A stretch of 63,876 nt of DNA, filler included, from Octopus bimaculoides (lineage: Eukaryota), in NCBI RefSeq assembly GCF_001194135.2. It is 5 parts of 4 records of this genome, joined end to end, with 100 filler letters (N's around TTAATTAATTAA, not from the genome) between each part and the next. Parts side by side here need not be neighbours in the genome. Positions count along the whole stretch, not along the records: positions 28,271 to 45,892 come from NC_068983.1; positions 45,993 to 62,489 come from NC_068986.1; 3 more parts are not named here. One strand, written 5' to 3'. Positions 38,777 to 52,200 of the stretch are shown in pieces. The notes below the pieces were generated by a model. The model was not told the DNA's origin and did not search any database. It saw only the letters and a program-made list of their open reading frames with translations. Made by a program: the position numbers and the translations under genes. Position 1 is the first letter of the stretch, and the number at the start of each line of letters is the position of its first letter.

Positions 38777-40319
38777 AACTATAAGAAAACTTTGTAAGAA
38801 ATATGGAAAAGTTAGAAAGAAAATCTGTCATAGATGCACTTTGTAATACAAACAAGCAAAACTATTGTTAGAGGAATGATTTTTGTCCTTCACACGGCTG
38901 TTGAGTTTCGCGGTGAAAAATCGTGAATGATTGACGAAAAACAAGAAACAAAAACAGAAAAAGACAGTGCAGAACCATACAACAATCACATAATATGACA
39001 GCTCGAGTCTGCGCACTATTAGATAATAATTTCTCTGCCAGATTTCCTTTCTTTTTCATTTTTTTTTTTTTTATGAGCCTTCATCAGATTTATATTTACA
39101 CCAACCATTCTACCGGGGAATTGATTTCTTTTTGATTCTGCAATCATTGTTATCAATGATGATCAAACTGTGGATGATTTTAGGAAGCAAATGACAGTGA
39201 GTAAGATGGTAATAATGATGATGATGACGTATATAATGATGCAAGGTATAATTATAATAATTATATCTACGGTGATCAAGGTTAAGATGAAGATGATAAG
39301 AAATAATACCAAAGGGTATGGTGATAAGAGATAGAGGAGAAAAAAACGAAAAAGCGAGAGTGAAAAAGAAAATCAAGCGGCGGATATGAAGATTAATTAC
39401 ATTAATGAAATAACAACAAACAAAGACTTCCTTCTGAATACCCTGGAATCAATGTATAAGACAGTCTACTATAGATACAGTTGAATGAAAAGTTTAAGAA
39501 GAAATATTAAAGACACATTAGTTTGATACTTAGGAGAAAGCTACAACAGCAAAACAGAAATAACATAATAGGAATTAATACATTAGTTGCGCAATTAAGT
39601 TAAATTAAAGTTAACTGGATGCTAATTTAATTAGCACTAGAGAGGTAAGAAAAAATATGGAAAAAATAATGCTTGTCTTTAGACAACACTTCTTAATATA
39701 TAATTACTGCAAGCGTACTAAGAGATCATGTATAAATTGCTTATATTATGAAATGTCAAATAATGTTATACAACAAATAATGGGAAATGAATTCAAATAG
39801 CTACAAATCACGACAAAAGAAAACAAAAGAATTGTCCTTCGCCGAAGGAACCGACTGAGAGAAAAATGGCTAAACTTAGGAGAAACGAAAACAGAAATCG
39901 TAAAACATTTATGAAGTGAAGTAGAAAATTTAGCAACAAATGCCATGCGAAAATGAGGGCAAGGAATTTCTCTACATGGCCAATTGTTGAAAAAAAAAAA
40001 ATAACGAAACTGAAATACAAAAATATCATTAGCACTGGCTGAAAAGATCATGATGCAATGCTGGGACTGGAACATTAATACATCAGAATCAAAGTCGATT
40101 CTCCCAGAACCACCAAAAGCATAACATAATACAGACCACAGAATATGTGAACGTTAGAAAGAAGCAATTAACAGCATTACGTCTATGTTCTAACCCAGCT
40201 AAAAGGAATTATATTTACTGGAGTGACGGACTTAGTGCTCTCATATTCTGTATGCGATACCAGAATTATAGAATAGCAAAGGAAGAGTTGAATAAACATA
40301 CAGTACAAAATGTTTCCAA

Positions 40320-40495
40320 GGTGCAGGCGTGGCTGTGTATTAAGATAGGCACAGGCGTGGCAGTGTGGAAAGAAGCTTCCTTCCCAACCATATGACTCCG
40401 GGTTCAGTCCCACTGCATCTACTATAGCCTCGAGCCGACCAAATACTTGTGAGTGGATTGGTAGACGAAAACTGAAATCTGCTCGTCATATGTGT
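40320..40495 (+). mobile_element. SINE family B 5' part with duplicated head
   Basis: aggcgtggctgtgt followed by aggcgtggcagtgtgg...ccgggttcagtcccactgc...ctatagcctcgagccgacc. Confidence 0.75.
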
Positions 40496-40496
40496 A

Positions 40497-40537
<41 letters not shown>

Positions 40538-41811
40538 CGAATTTGTGTAAATGTGTATAGAATAATATATCAGTTGAATAAAGTTAAAGTGCTTTCACGT
40601 ATTCTTATTATTGTATTAAAAAAATTTACAATGTTGAAGTGTGTTAAACGTGAAAAAATATTTTGTAATGTTCATAAAGGCCAATTAGCGATTTCGTACA
40701 ATCGTAGTAATCATCGGATTTCAAAATGTATTTAATTGACTGATTTCAAAATGTAATTAACTAACTGTAGCAAAGTAACTGACTACTTTCTTTTTATACC
40801 TCTTAGAAGGCTCCAACAAACGGAATTTTTCGAACACATGCTTGACCAATCCGCATGCATCTTAAACGTCACGATCTGCCGGGCTAATCGATATTACTGG
40901 CATGGATCACGACTTTATTTTAAGTGGTATAATAAGGAAGAATTCAGTCATGTTACTACAATTGCCAAGAACTTAACTGTCAGTTAAATACATTTTGAAA
41001 TCTGATGATTACTACGAACGTATGAAAGCGTTAATTAAACTGTGTGAACATTACAAAACATGGTAAAAAAATTTAATACAATAATAAAAAAAAACGTGAC
41101 AGCCAGATCATGTTTGAACTTTATATAACTGATGTGCGGATGTGCGTGTTTGTGTCTATGTGTGTGCGTCATTGTGTACATGTTTGTCCCCCGCTTCACT
41201 ACTTGACAACCAGTATTATTATGTTTACATCACCATAACATAGCGATTTGGCAAAAGGGACCGATAGAATAAGAACTAGGCTTAAGAAAAATAAATCCTG
41301 GACTCGACTAAGATCATTCAAGGTCTGTGCTCCAGCATGGTCGCAGTCAAATAACTGAAACAAATGAAAGATTAAAAGAATACTCTGAGATATATCAGAA
41401 ATAGAGATTACCAGAATGTTGGATCGAAAAACAAAACATCCCTGTAATACAATAAGGTTTATAAATTAGCGTTCAATTGTGTATTCAGATCTTTGGCGCT
41501 TACAAATATGCACAGCATACAGAAGGTCGAATAACTTAATGATGCGTACTTATGTATAGTATATCATTTGATATTCCAATGGCACAGAAAACTTCCACAA
41601 AGCACGGCCAAATACGGGAAAGAGTACCATCGTTTAGTCGGTTATATCGACCTCAGTTCAGAACTGGTATTATTGTATGATTCTTGAATCAATGTAAGAT
41701 ATATGTGACCTCTGAATTTAACCTCACAACCCCAAGATCGCAATAAATACTCTAAGGCATTTGACATCGTTCTTAAAATTATGTCAGTGCGCCGCTCTAA
41801 TTATAATAATT

Positions 41812-42015
41812 ATTCTTGTTTCAAATTTTGGCAGGGGAGGTGGGGATCAGTCGATTACATCGACCCCAGTGTTCAAATGCCACTTATTTTATCGACCCTG
41901 AAAGGATGAAAGGCAAGGTTGACCTCGGCAGAATTTGAACTCAGAACGTAGCGACGGACGAAATACCGTTAAGCATTTCGTCCAGCGTGCTAACGATTCT
42001 ACCAGCTCGCCACAT
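41812..42015 (-). mobile_element. SINE family A
   Basis: Reverse-complement copy: cgaccctgaaaggatgaaaggcaaggttgacctcggcagaatttgaactcagaacg. Confidence 0.88.
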
Positions 42016-42130
42016 GAGTAATAATAAGAACTAGAAGAAAAAGAATGCTATTATCGAAATAGCATTATAGATTCTAAGTCTACTTACGTAGTTACTTAAT
42101 CAATATTTCTACTTATATTCATACGTACAA

Positions 42131-42170
<40 letters not shown>

Positions 42171-42697
42171 GCGCATATGTATGCATGTGCACGCGCGCCT
42201 TTATTTATGTATGCATTCATATGCATATGAGTATTTCTTGCCAATTTGCATGTAGTATTTGATCGTCTTGCCTACATTAGATATACGTCAAAAATTACTT
42301 AAGAATGCACCTTGAATTCCTTAGAGAATATTTTACTGAATTTATTATTCACCATGCATGGTATATCAAGATTTAGATTGCCACAGGAACCATGAGTCAT
42401 GCATTTTTTAACGGTTCTTGAAACTTATACGGATTAGGTATGCTGGCATACAGCACTTCGTCTATTCTTCCTGGGTTGCTAATTTATCATTGTTATCCAA
42501 CACGATCTGAATATGAGCATTATTTTTCAGGATATAGTTCAATAAATCTGCCAATTTTATCTCATTCTTGCCACAATATCTATTCTGTCTAGAAGGAGAA
42601 TTCCTGGAAAGAGATTATCTCTAATTTTATGTCGGCAATGTTTGCGTTTTGCATTGATAAAATTTGTTTTCCAGATTTTCTCACCAAAGCTATAAAT

Positions 42698-42860
42698 TGT
42701 AGGTTGTTGGCACTCCGTCGCCACCATCCCCTACCGGAGCCTCGTGGGGGTTTAGATGTTTTCGCTCAATAAACACTCACAATGCCCGGTCTGGGAATCG
42801 AAACCGCGATCCTATGACCGCGAGTCCGCTGCCCTAACCACTGGGCCATTGCGCCTCCAC
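42698..42860 (-). mobile_element. SINE family C with internal deletion and intact TSD
   Basis: The TSD aaagctataaat lies at 42686-42697 and 42861-42872. The tail ggcactccgtcg is joined directly to ccaccatcccct. Confidence 0.88.
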
Positions 42861-42884
42861 AAAGCTATAAATATATTGGTAATA

Positions 42885-43565
42885 ATATGTAAGGCAAGGC
42901 CGGCGTGCGGCAGATTCATTAGACCGCCGTGTATAATGCTTAGCGGTGTTTCGTCTGTCTTTACGTTCTGAGTTCAAATCCCGCCAAGGTCGAGTTTGCC
43001 TTTAATCCTTTCGGGGTCGATACATTAAGTACCAGTTGCGTACTAGTGTCGATCTAATCACCTGCACCCCACTCCCCCAAAATTTTAGTAGTAGAAGAGC
43101 ATATGTAAGGCAAGGCCAGCTAGGTGGCAGAATTATTAGACCGCCATGTAAAATGCATTGAGGCGTTTCGTCTGTCTTTATGTTCTGAGTTCGAATTCCG
43201 CCGAGGTGGACTTTACCTTTCATCATTTCGAGGTCGATAAAATGAGTACCAGTTGAACACTGAATTTGATATAACCGACTTAGTCCTTCGCCTGAAATCG
43301 CTCGCCTTGTGCCAAAATTTGAAATCAATACTATGAACCTAGTAACAGTGTGGTGGGGTGCTGGCAGTATCGTTAGTACGCCAGGCAAAATGCATAGTGG
43401 CATTTCGTCCGTATTTATGTTCTAAGTTCAAATTCCGCCGAGGTGGATTTTGCCTTTCATCCTTTCGGGGTTGTTAGTATCAGATAAGCACTGAGGTCGG
43501 TGTAATCGACTATCCCCTCCCCGCGAAATTTCAGACCTTGTGCTTATAGTAGAATGGAATATTAT
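42885..43565 (+). mobile_element. Three head-to-tail SINE family A copies
   Basis: Cores near 42995, 43215 and 43455. The first two share the leader atatgtaaggcaaggcc. Confidence 0.85.
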
Positions 43566-44584
43566 GTACATAGCAGATCCTTGAAATGATGATGGCAACG
43601 TAAGTACGTCCTACATGAATCCCCGAGTCACTGGAAGCAGTAATTATATGATCGGTCCCTCATTCCGCTTAACCCTGAGTTGTTCTTGTCTACATCTCAC
43701 GTAAATAATATCAACTGTTGCTAAAATAACGTTCCGTCGCACAGTAGTTGTATCCTTCCTTTACTGCTTTTTGAGCATCAATGTATTGCAAATTCTTATT
43801 ACGCAAATTATTAACGTACAAGCAGCGCGTTTGTTTTTTCATGTAAAACATTACTATGGGATCAATGTATAGATTTTAGGTGTCATTGTATTTATAGCTA
43901 ATTAAATTCATTACAAACATTGAACAGACGTAAAGGTCAGTCATGTTTCTATAATTTGACAATGGCAAGAGAAAGAAGTATCCACTGGTCTCTAGTTTCA
44001 AATATTTTTACATTCTCATTAGCAATCAATTACATTACTCCACTTTGAAATTGTATTAGGAGGCATTGTTCAGGGGCAATCATTAAATCAGATACACTAA
44101 TTTGCATATTTGGCACATTTGTTACTTTTAATTCAATAATTGTCGCCGTACTGGTTCTCTGTGCAGATAGAATAATGTATGTCTTTACAAGTCAGTATCT
44201 TTTATCTTATACATGCTGTAGTCATTGGACTGCAGCCAAGCTGGAGCACTTCCTTGAAGAGGTTTTAGTGAACGAATCGACACCAGCACTTCCATTTTCT
44301 TTTTTTAAACCTTGTACTTATTTTATCTGGCTATTTTGGCCGAATCACTAATAGTCTTATAACGTATAACACTCCTCTTGTCTCCTGTCTCCCCTTTCTC
44401 TGTCGTTTGTGTAAATTAGATCTATTAATATGAATATTTATATATTTAAACATAACTATTCATCGTCCGAAAGTCTGCACTTTTTGCTTTCTTTCGTTTT
44501 GCATGTATACATATATACATATTTTACATTTAATACCTAAACTGTTATGTTTAATATATCTCATTTGCTTATTCGCATAATTGC

Positions 44585-44649
<65 letters not shown>

Positions 44650-45691
44650 ACGGTCTTCTTTCAGTTTCAGTTTACCAAATCCATTCTCAAAGCTTACGTG
44701 AGACCTTGGCTACAGTAAAACCCATCATACTTTGAGAGGCAAATCTTTCACAACTCAGATCATTTAATCTATCAATTCACATTAAGCGGAAACTTCTTTT
44801 TATGATCGTATGAGAGAATAATTTTGTCTTTATGACTTGCAATTATTTGTTGTATATTTTAAATATTTAATGATATATTAAACTTCCTCTAGACTTCTCT
44901 TTGATGTATTTTTTATTACGTTTCCATTCCTGCCATATTCATCCAAAGCTTCCAGTCATAGCTTCCAGATCAGAACCCTGCTACGAAGATTTATGATTTG
45001 CAAAGGGAGTGGCGTTTAAAACAATTACTTCTGCTAACTTCTTGATGTCTGTAATGAGCATTTATTTAAAGCGTTATTTCGTTTTATGTATATCTTTACA
45101 TGATGGAGTTCTGTCCTTCAAGTGGCCACCCTAAACATGTACGAGTGTGTGTACGCGTGTGCTACTTACCAGGCACTGAAGAATTTACACATCTTTGAGA
45201 CAACAGAAATATATCTTGGAGTGTGATATTGATTATTAAAATAAGATTTATTTTTGCTATGTGATAATGTATATTATTATTATTATCACTATTATTATTA
45301 TTATTATATTGTTTTTTTATTTAACGAAAAAATACCAATTTCAGCATTAGGAGGAACATAAGACCAAATTTATGCAATGCCAAACATGACAGTATAATTT
45401 GAAAATTCTACTCAGTTGGACCAAACATAATTTCAATTTAGAAGACTTTTTTTTCATACAATGGAAAATCCAACAAAGATTTCATTCTAGTTACGAAGAC
45501 AAAAATATTTTTACTTACGTGGTGTTCTTCCAAAATTCACTAATACACTAAAATCACGAAATGCGGAAAATTCAAGTTGTCGGTAAAGTTTTGTTCCTTA
45601 TGTCGCTTAAATTTTGCGCCGAAATCGCTAATTAATTAAAACTGTCTGTAAAATATTTGTCTGCAAATACTTGTGAATAAGAATTCTCTTC

Positions 45692-45728
<37 letters not shown>

Positions 45729-46120
45729 ACAAGTAGAAAGATAAATTTTATTCAACGCATAGATACTGAACAGTATAGATATAAAGGATAAAATTCTTTT
45801 TTCGTTTTAAAAGCAGAGAAATTTGTCGGCAGCCAGCCATGAGAACCGAACTCACATCTCTCTAATATCCGGTTACATATATATATATATATNNNNNNNN
45901 NNNNNNNNNNNNNNNNNNNNNNNNNNNNNNNNNNNNTTAATTAATTAANNNNNNNNNNNNNNNNNNNNNNNNNNNNNNNNNNNNNNNNNNNNATATGCAT
46001 GCATGTATGCATGTATGCATGTATGTATGTATGTATGTATGTATATATGTTTGTATGTAATTATGAATGTATGTATGTATCTTAAGAGAAAAGAGGTAGT
46101 CAGAATTTTGGATGATAATT

Positions 46121-46162
46121 TATTCAGCGCTTTCATCTCGTTTCGGAGATTCATCAGGAAGG
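46121..46162 (-). ncRNA. Degenerate minimal hammerhead motif in a pLTR-like repeat
   Basis: The minus strand reads ccttc-CUGAUGA-AUCUC-cgaaac-GAGAU-GAA-AGCGCU-gaauaaa. The H17 cleavage nucleotide appears missing. The flank aaa.gagg.agtcagaattttggat is shared with about 28480-28504. Confidence 0.5.
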
Positions 46163-46352
46163 ATACTTTTACAGAAACTTTATGCTTTTTATATACATGT
46201 GATTTAGTTGGAAAACTCCGGAGTTGAATTGGAGAGGGTACATTTGATAATTTAGTTTGGATACCCTTCAAATAGGATGGTTGGTAATCCTTCACCCATA
46301 CGGTTGATCGATGGGGATTGGCAGGCGGATAAACAACAGCAATGATCATTCA

Positions 46353-47462
46353 CTACTGAGCATTCAGATTATTCTGTCAAATGTAATGTTTATTTATTCA
46401 CATTGATTTGAATTAATCATGCATGACCTTGTAGCTTTGAGATTTCAACGATGTGATTGTTTCTTTTTCGAATGTCAACGTAGATAGGTGTGAGAGGTTG
46501 CACATGGCTAGTTTGAGCATAAAACAATATTTGGACCGTATACGATGTCTGATCAATAAGTATCCGGACTGTTGCCATAGTAACGAAGCTAAAGCCCGCA
46601 GTATAAAGCCATTTAGTACAGGTTGACTTTGAACCCTGCTTTACATGTGCAATAGGTTTCAACATTCGAGCTCACTTCCACTGTTTACAGCAGTGCTTAG
46701 AAGGAAGGTGTTTAGCGTGTGATCGTCGCAGTGACCATGACAGAGAAAGTTGTCATGGCTACACCTGTTCAAAGGCCTACGCAATATTGCAGAAAGTGTA
46801 TGGAGAGGAGTGTATGGGCCACGCGTAAGTGTAAGAGTGGTTCAGACGTTTCCAAGATGGCCGACAAAATGTCGATATAGACGAACATTCTCGGACATAC
46901 GCAACCAACAGAACTGAGAAAAACATAGCAGATGTTTGTGTAGCTGTGAGGGGAAATCGTCGAATCACCATCCGTGAGTTATCAGAGGATGTGCAGGTTA
47001 GTTACAGTTCAGTTTAGTCTATTATCAATGAAGAATTGGGTATGAGACTCGTGTCAGCCAAATTTGTGCCAAAATTGCTTTCAGCTGACCAAAAGGACAT
47101 TCGGGTTTCGGTTGCACAAAATCTCCTTGATTGTGTTGAGAATGATGAAAACCTTTTGAAAACTTTGCGTAGTCCTCTCAGCAGGTATCGTCAAGCTTTT
47201 GGCAAAATTTTATGCAGATTCTCTGCTCGAATTTCTCTGTCATTGTCAATGCTACGATCACACGTTACATACCTTCCTTCCAAGCGCTGCTGTAAACGGC
47301 GGAAGTGAAATAGAACGTTAAAAGTTAGTGCGCATACACAGCAGTGTTCAAGGTCAATCTGTACCAAGCAGATTCACTCTCCGTGCTTTAGCTTCGTTAC
47401 TATAGCAACGGTCCGTATACATATTGATAGGATAACGTGTGGCCGGTTTGATTGCTTAGGGG
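46353..47462. mobile_element. TTAA MITE (same family as 13605-13824) split by a mariner insertion
   Basis: 46353-46542 aligns with the 13605 copy. The remainder, tggccggtttgattgcttagggg-ttaa, resumes after 47439. Confidence 0.75.
46543..47437 (+). mobile_element. Mariner derivative with an inverted duplication of the 5' end
   Basis: The terminal 53 bp match as inverted repeats at 45/53, and the match continues about 200-270 bp inward. Plus strand: EWFRRFQDGR...NRRITIRELSEDV...LGMRLVSAKFVPKLLSADQK. Minus strand: MTEKFEQRICIKFCQKL. Flanks are TA and TG. Confidence 0.9.
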
Positions 47463-48262
47463 TTAAATCTATCTTCAACATCTCATACACGACCAAACTA
47501 ACCAGCCTGTGCACCAAGAAACCAACAACCAACCGGTTGACAGACAAACCACTTCATCAACCAGCAATCTTTACAGCCACCCTACCCATCCACTCACCAG
47601 TCAACCCACCAGCCGACAAACCAGCCAACTAACAGACAACATTTTGTCCATTTCAACAGAGACTACTTTAAATTCATCTTGCGAAGACTGTTATATGCAT
47701 GAATGCAAGCAAGTACATGCTCACGCTCGCACGCACAAACACACGCACAGTCGACACAAGCACACATACGGTGACACATATGTATGCACATGCGCGCGTG
47801 CGCATGTGTGTGTGTGTGTGTGCGTGTGTGTTATGTCACAAATAATCGTTTTGTTAAAAATTGAAATTTCTCGTATTTCGTACACACGTACATACACATT
47901 AACGCACATACACATTTACACCCACACTTGCGAAGTCACACCCCACCACATACACACTCACACTGACAGTCACTGATGCGCTCACATACACACACGTCTA
48001 TTTGGAAGCCTGCTTGTCTGTACGGATGTGTGTGTGTGGACAGTTACAAAGACAAGAGTATTTAGTTTTTGAGGGGTTTTTCAAAATTTTGTACACAGAA
48101 ATCCAAGAAACTCATTCATAAACATACGCTCACGCACAAGCACAAAATTTCCGCATTTGCGCATGCGTATGCAGAAAGAGAATGGTGTGGAATTAATAAT
48201 CATATATACAGAGGAACACTTTTTATGTCATACTCAAGTTTATATATGCGCATGTGTGTTTC

Positions 48263-48311
<49 letters not shown>

Positions 48312-48379
48312 ATAGATAGATAGATGGATAGATAGATATATAGATACATACATACATACATACACACATACATACATAT

Positions 48380-48590
48380 CTTTTATTCTTTAATTTTTTT
48401 TCTATTTGTTTCAGTCATTTGACTGCGGCCATGCTGGAGCACCGCCTTGGAGTATTTAGTCGAACAAATCGCACCCAGGACTTATTTGTTAAGCATAATA
48501 CTTATTCAGTTAGTCTCTTATGCTGAACTGCTAACTTACGGGGACAAAAACATACCAGCAGCGGTTGTCAAGAGGTGATGACAGGACAAA
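48380..48590 (-). mobile_element. SINE family B 3' part
   Basis: tttcagtcatttgactgcggccatgctggagcaccgcc...gctgaactgctaacttacggggac. Confidence 0.85.
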
Positions 48591-48667
48591 NNNNNNNNNN
48601 NNNNNNNNNNNNNNNNNNNNNNNNNNNNNNNNNNNNNNNNNNNNNNNNNNNNNNNNNNNNNNNNNNN

Positions 48668-48702
<35 letters not shown>

Positions 48703-49299
48703 GTATGTATCATCTTAGTCGCAAGGTAAAGCAATGCTCATGACTCTTTGCCAGGCCTCCGAGGCTGATGGGAAGAAGTAAAGGATATATCTGAAAAAAC
48801 TTAGAACCGGACACTAGGTACCAATCCCAGCAAGAGAGTGAAACCCCGCTAACGACACAGAGAGAACCGGATGGTGCTATTATAAAACCAGGTGACAGAT
48901 CAATTCTTCCACTGAAGTAAGCCTTGATGGAGTTTCAACTTGGAACACCAATAACAAGATCAAACACTGCAAAACTTACATTCGCTCCGGCCATTTTACA
49001 GTTGTACTTATCCATCCTTCTTCTGAGTTTGTACTTCTTATTGACCTCCGGATGGCGGGATTTGAGCGCAAGGTACTCAAAATCTGAATAAATACCGCGA
49101 GATATTTTATCCGATGCTGCAGCTACTTCGCGTAAACATTGACATTCGTAGGAACTTATACACACACCAAATTATGCATAAAACGAATGCATACAATTAA
49201 CTAAAGTGATACAACTTGACACGCGCCATCAGTAACTTAAGAGACTGCCAATTCTGTTGTTTGTCAGTCATTAGTACAACTATGACATCGTAAACTTCG

Positions 49300-52200
49300 T
49301 GTATCACATCCATCACTACTACCACCACCACCACCAACACCAACACTTAAGGTTTCTATCAACGCCATTACCATTTCTAACATCACTCCCAGCATCTTCT
49401 CCATTTTCCACCATCACCTCCCCCAACGCCGCCCCCGCTGCTGCCGCCATCGCCGCGCCACGATCTCTCCTCCACCACTGCTGCCTCTATCATCGCAATG
49501 GCCGCTAATACTTGATTGTTACAAACCTGAACTGAACACCAATACTTACCGTTTCCATCAATACTAGTGCCGTTTCTAACATCGTTTTGCTAGCATCATC
49601 ATCACAACTACCACCACCACTAACAACATCAACACCACCAACGCTACTACCACTACCACTATCACCATCATCACACCACCATCTCCTTCACCATCGCTAC
49701 TTACTACTTCTGTCCTTCCTCTGTCCTACCACGTGTATTTTGTCTCTGATCGCACAAACTTACGGTTCCTACCGTCATCACATCACAACGCCATCGATGC
49801 TACTTCATCTGTTCTAATATTACAAATAACTGCTCGGCACTGTTCCACTGTCACTACCACTAATACTACGGCCGCCCAAACTACTTCAGTTGATACCATT
49901 TCAACCACCACCGTCGCCGCCGCCGCCACCAACACCAACACCACCACCAACACCACCACAACCACCACCACTACAATCACCNNNNNNNNNNNNNNNNNNN
50001 NNNNNNNNNNNNNNNNNNNNNNNNNNNNNNNNNNNNNNNNNNNNNNNNNNNNNNNNNNNNNNNNNNNNNNNNNNNNNNNNNNNNNNNNNNNNNNNNNNNN
50101 NNNNNNNNNNNNNNNNNNNNNNNNNNNNNNNNNNNNNNNNNNNNNNNNNNNNNNNNNNNNNNNNNNNNNNNNNNNNNNNNNNNNNNNNNNNNNNNNNNNN
50201 NNNNNNNNNNNNNNNNNNNNNNNNNNNNNNNNNNNNNNNNNNNNNNNNNNNNNNNNNNNNNNNNNNNNNNNNNNNNNNNNNNNNNNNNNNNNNNNNNNNN
50301 NNNNNNNNNNNNNNNNNNNNNNNNNNNNNNNNNNNNNNNNNNNNNNNNNNNNNNNNNNNNNNNNNNNNNNNNNNNNNNNNNNNNNNNNNNNNNNNNNNNN
50401 NNNNNNNNNNNNNNNNNNNNNNNNNNNNNNNNNNNNNNNNNNNNNNNNNNNNNNNNNNNNNNNNNNNNNNNNNNNNNNNNNNNNNNNNNNNNNNNNNNNN
50501 NNNNNNNNNNNNNNNNNNNNNNNNNNNNNNNNNNNNNNNNNNNNNNNNNNNNNNNNNNNNNNNNNNNNNNNNNNNNNNNNNNNNNNNNNNNNNNNNNNNN
50601 NNNNNNNNNNNNNNNNNNNNNNNNNNNNNNNNNNNNNNNNNNNNNNNNNNNNNNNNNNNNNNNNNNNNNNNNNNNNNNNNNNNNNNNNNNNNNNNNNNNN
50701 NNNNNNNNNNNNNNNNNNNNNNNNNNNNNNNNNNNNNNNNNNNNNNNNNNNNNNNNNNNNNNNNNNNNNNNNNNNNNNNNNNNNNNNNNNNNNNNNNNNN
50801 NNNNNNNNNNNNNNNNNNNNNNNNNNNNNNNNNNNNNNNNNNNNNNNNNNNNNNNNNNNNNNNNNNNNNNNNNNNNNNNNNNNNNNNNNNNNNNNNNCCC
50901 CCCCCCCGTTCCCTTTCACAGTCATCCCATCTGTGCAGCTACCATTGCTACCCCAGCAGCCTCCGCATCCCTCCAACGCCATCTTCGCAAACATCACCTC
51001 TAGCATTTAAGAAAAAAAAATTTTAATAGAAACAAAAGAATAAAAAAACACCACTGCCTCCATTATCGACCATTCCAACTCTGCAACTCCCTTATCACAC
51101 CCACCTCACACTTACATACACATACACACGCGCGCGCACACATACACACAAACACACATACGCATACATACGCATACATACGCATACATATACGCATACA
51201 TGCGCATACATACGGATACATACGCACACAGACTCACTCACACACACACACACACACACACACAAACGCACACAAATATATAAACGCACACAGAGACTCA
51301 CACACACTCGCATACATATATATATACAGACGCAGACTCTCACACACAGGCACACCCACGCACATGCATATACACACACACACATACATATGCACACAGA
51401 GACTCACACACACTCGCATACATATATATACACACACAGGTACACACACACACACATACATAAAAACGCTCGCAGACTCTCTCAAACACATACGCACACA
51501 TACATGTACAAATGCATACACACACACACACACACTCATTAGCCACCCCTACCACTCCACTGTGGCCATTTCCTCCCACACACTCTGCCCCTCCCTGTTG
51601 CCACACAAGCAGGAGAAGTTACACAGCTGCTCACACCCTATCATTTCCGTCCCCAGTGACGGCTGGGTAGTGGATGGGGGGTCNNNNNNNNNNNNNNNNN
51701 NNNNNNNNNNNNNNNNNNNNNNNNNNNNNNNNNNNNNNNNNNNNNNNNNNNNNNNNNNNNNNNNNNNNNNNNNNNNNNNNNNNNNNNNNNNNNNNNNNNN
51801 NNNNNNNNNNNNNNNNNNNNNNNNNNNNNNNNNNNNNNNNNNNNNNNNNNNNNNNNNNNNNNNNNNNNNNNNNNNNNNNNNNNNNNNNNNNNNNNNNNNN
51901 NNNNNNNNNNNNNNNNNNNNNNNNNNNNNNNNNNNNNNNNNNNNNNNNNNNNNNNNNNNNNNNNNNNNNNNNNNNNNNNNNNNNNNNNNNNNNNNNNNNN
52001 NNNNNNNNNNNNNNNNNNNNNNNNNNNNNNNNNNNNNNNNNNNNNNNNNNNNNNNNNNNNNNNNNNNNNNNNNNNNNNNNNNNNNNNNNNNNNNNNNNNN
52101 NNNNNNNNNNNNNNNNNNNNNNNNNNNNNNNNNNNNNNNNNNNNNNNNNNNNNNNNNNNNNNNNNNNNNNNNNNNNNNNNNNNNNNNNNNNNNNNNNNNN

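Noticed and set aside
39068-39090. CUGAUGA on the minus strand (also ctgatga at about 24380 and 33322)
   Set aside because: No stem II-GAAA-stem III arrangement follows.
42885-43565. CRISPR-like array
   Set aside because: The repeats are ~200-bp SINE copies in eukaryotic DNA, with no repeat-spacer structure or cas genes.
43586-43678. ATGATGA...CTGA spacing like a C/D snoRNA
   Set aside because: There is no terminal stem, no clear C'/D' boxes, and only about 8 nt of possible rRNA complementarity.
48935-49165. Protein-like minus-strand ORF (YECQCLREVAAASDK...) ending near a gtaagt donor
   Set aside because: Its DNA aligns by eye with the SINE family A head and core (aaatatctcgcggtattt, ctcaaatcccgcc, gaggtcaataagaagtac), and no acceptor was found.
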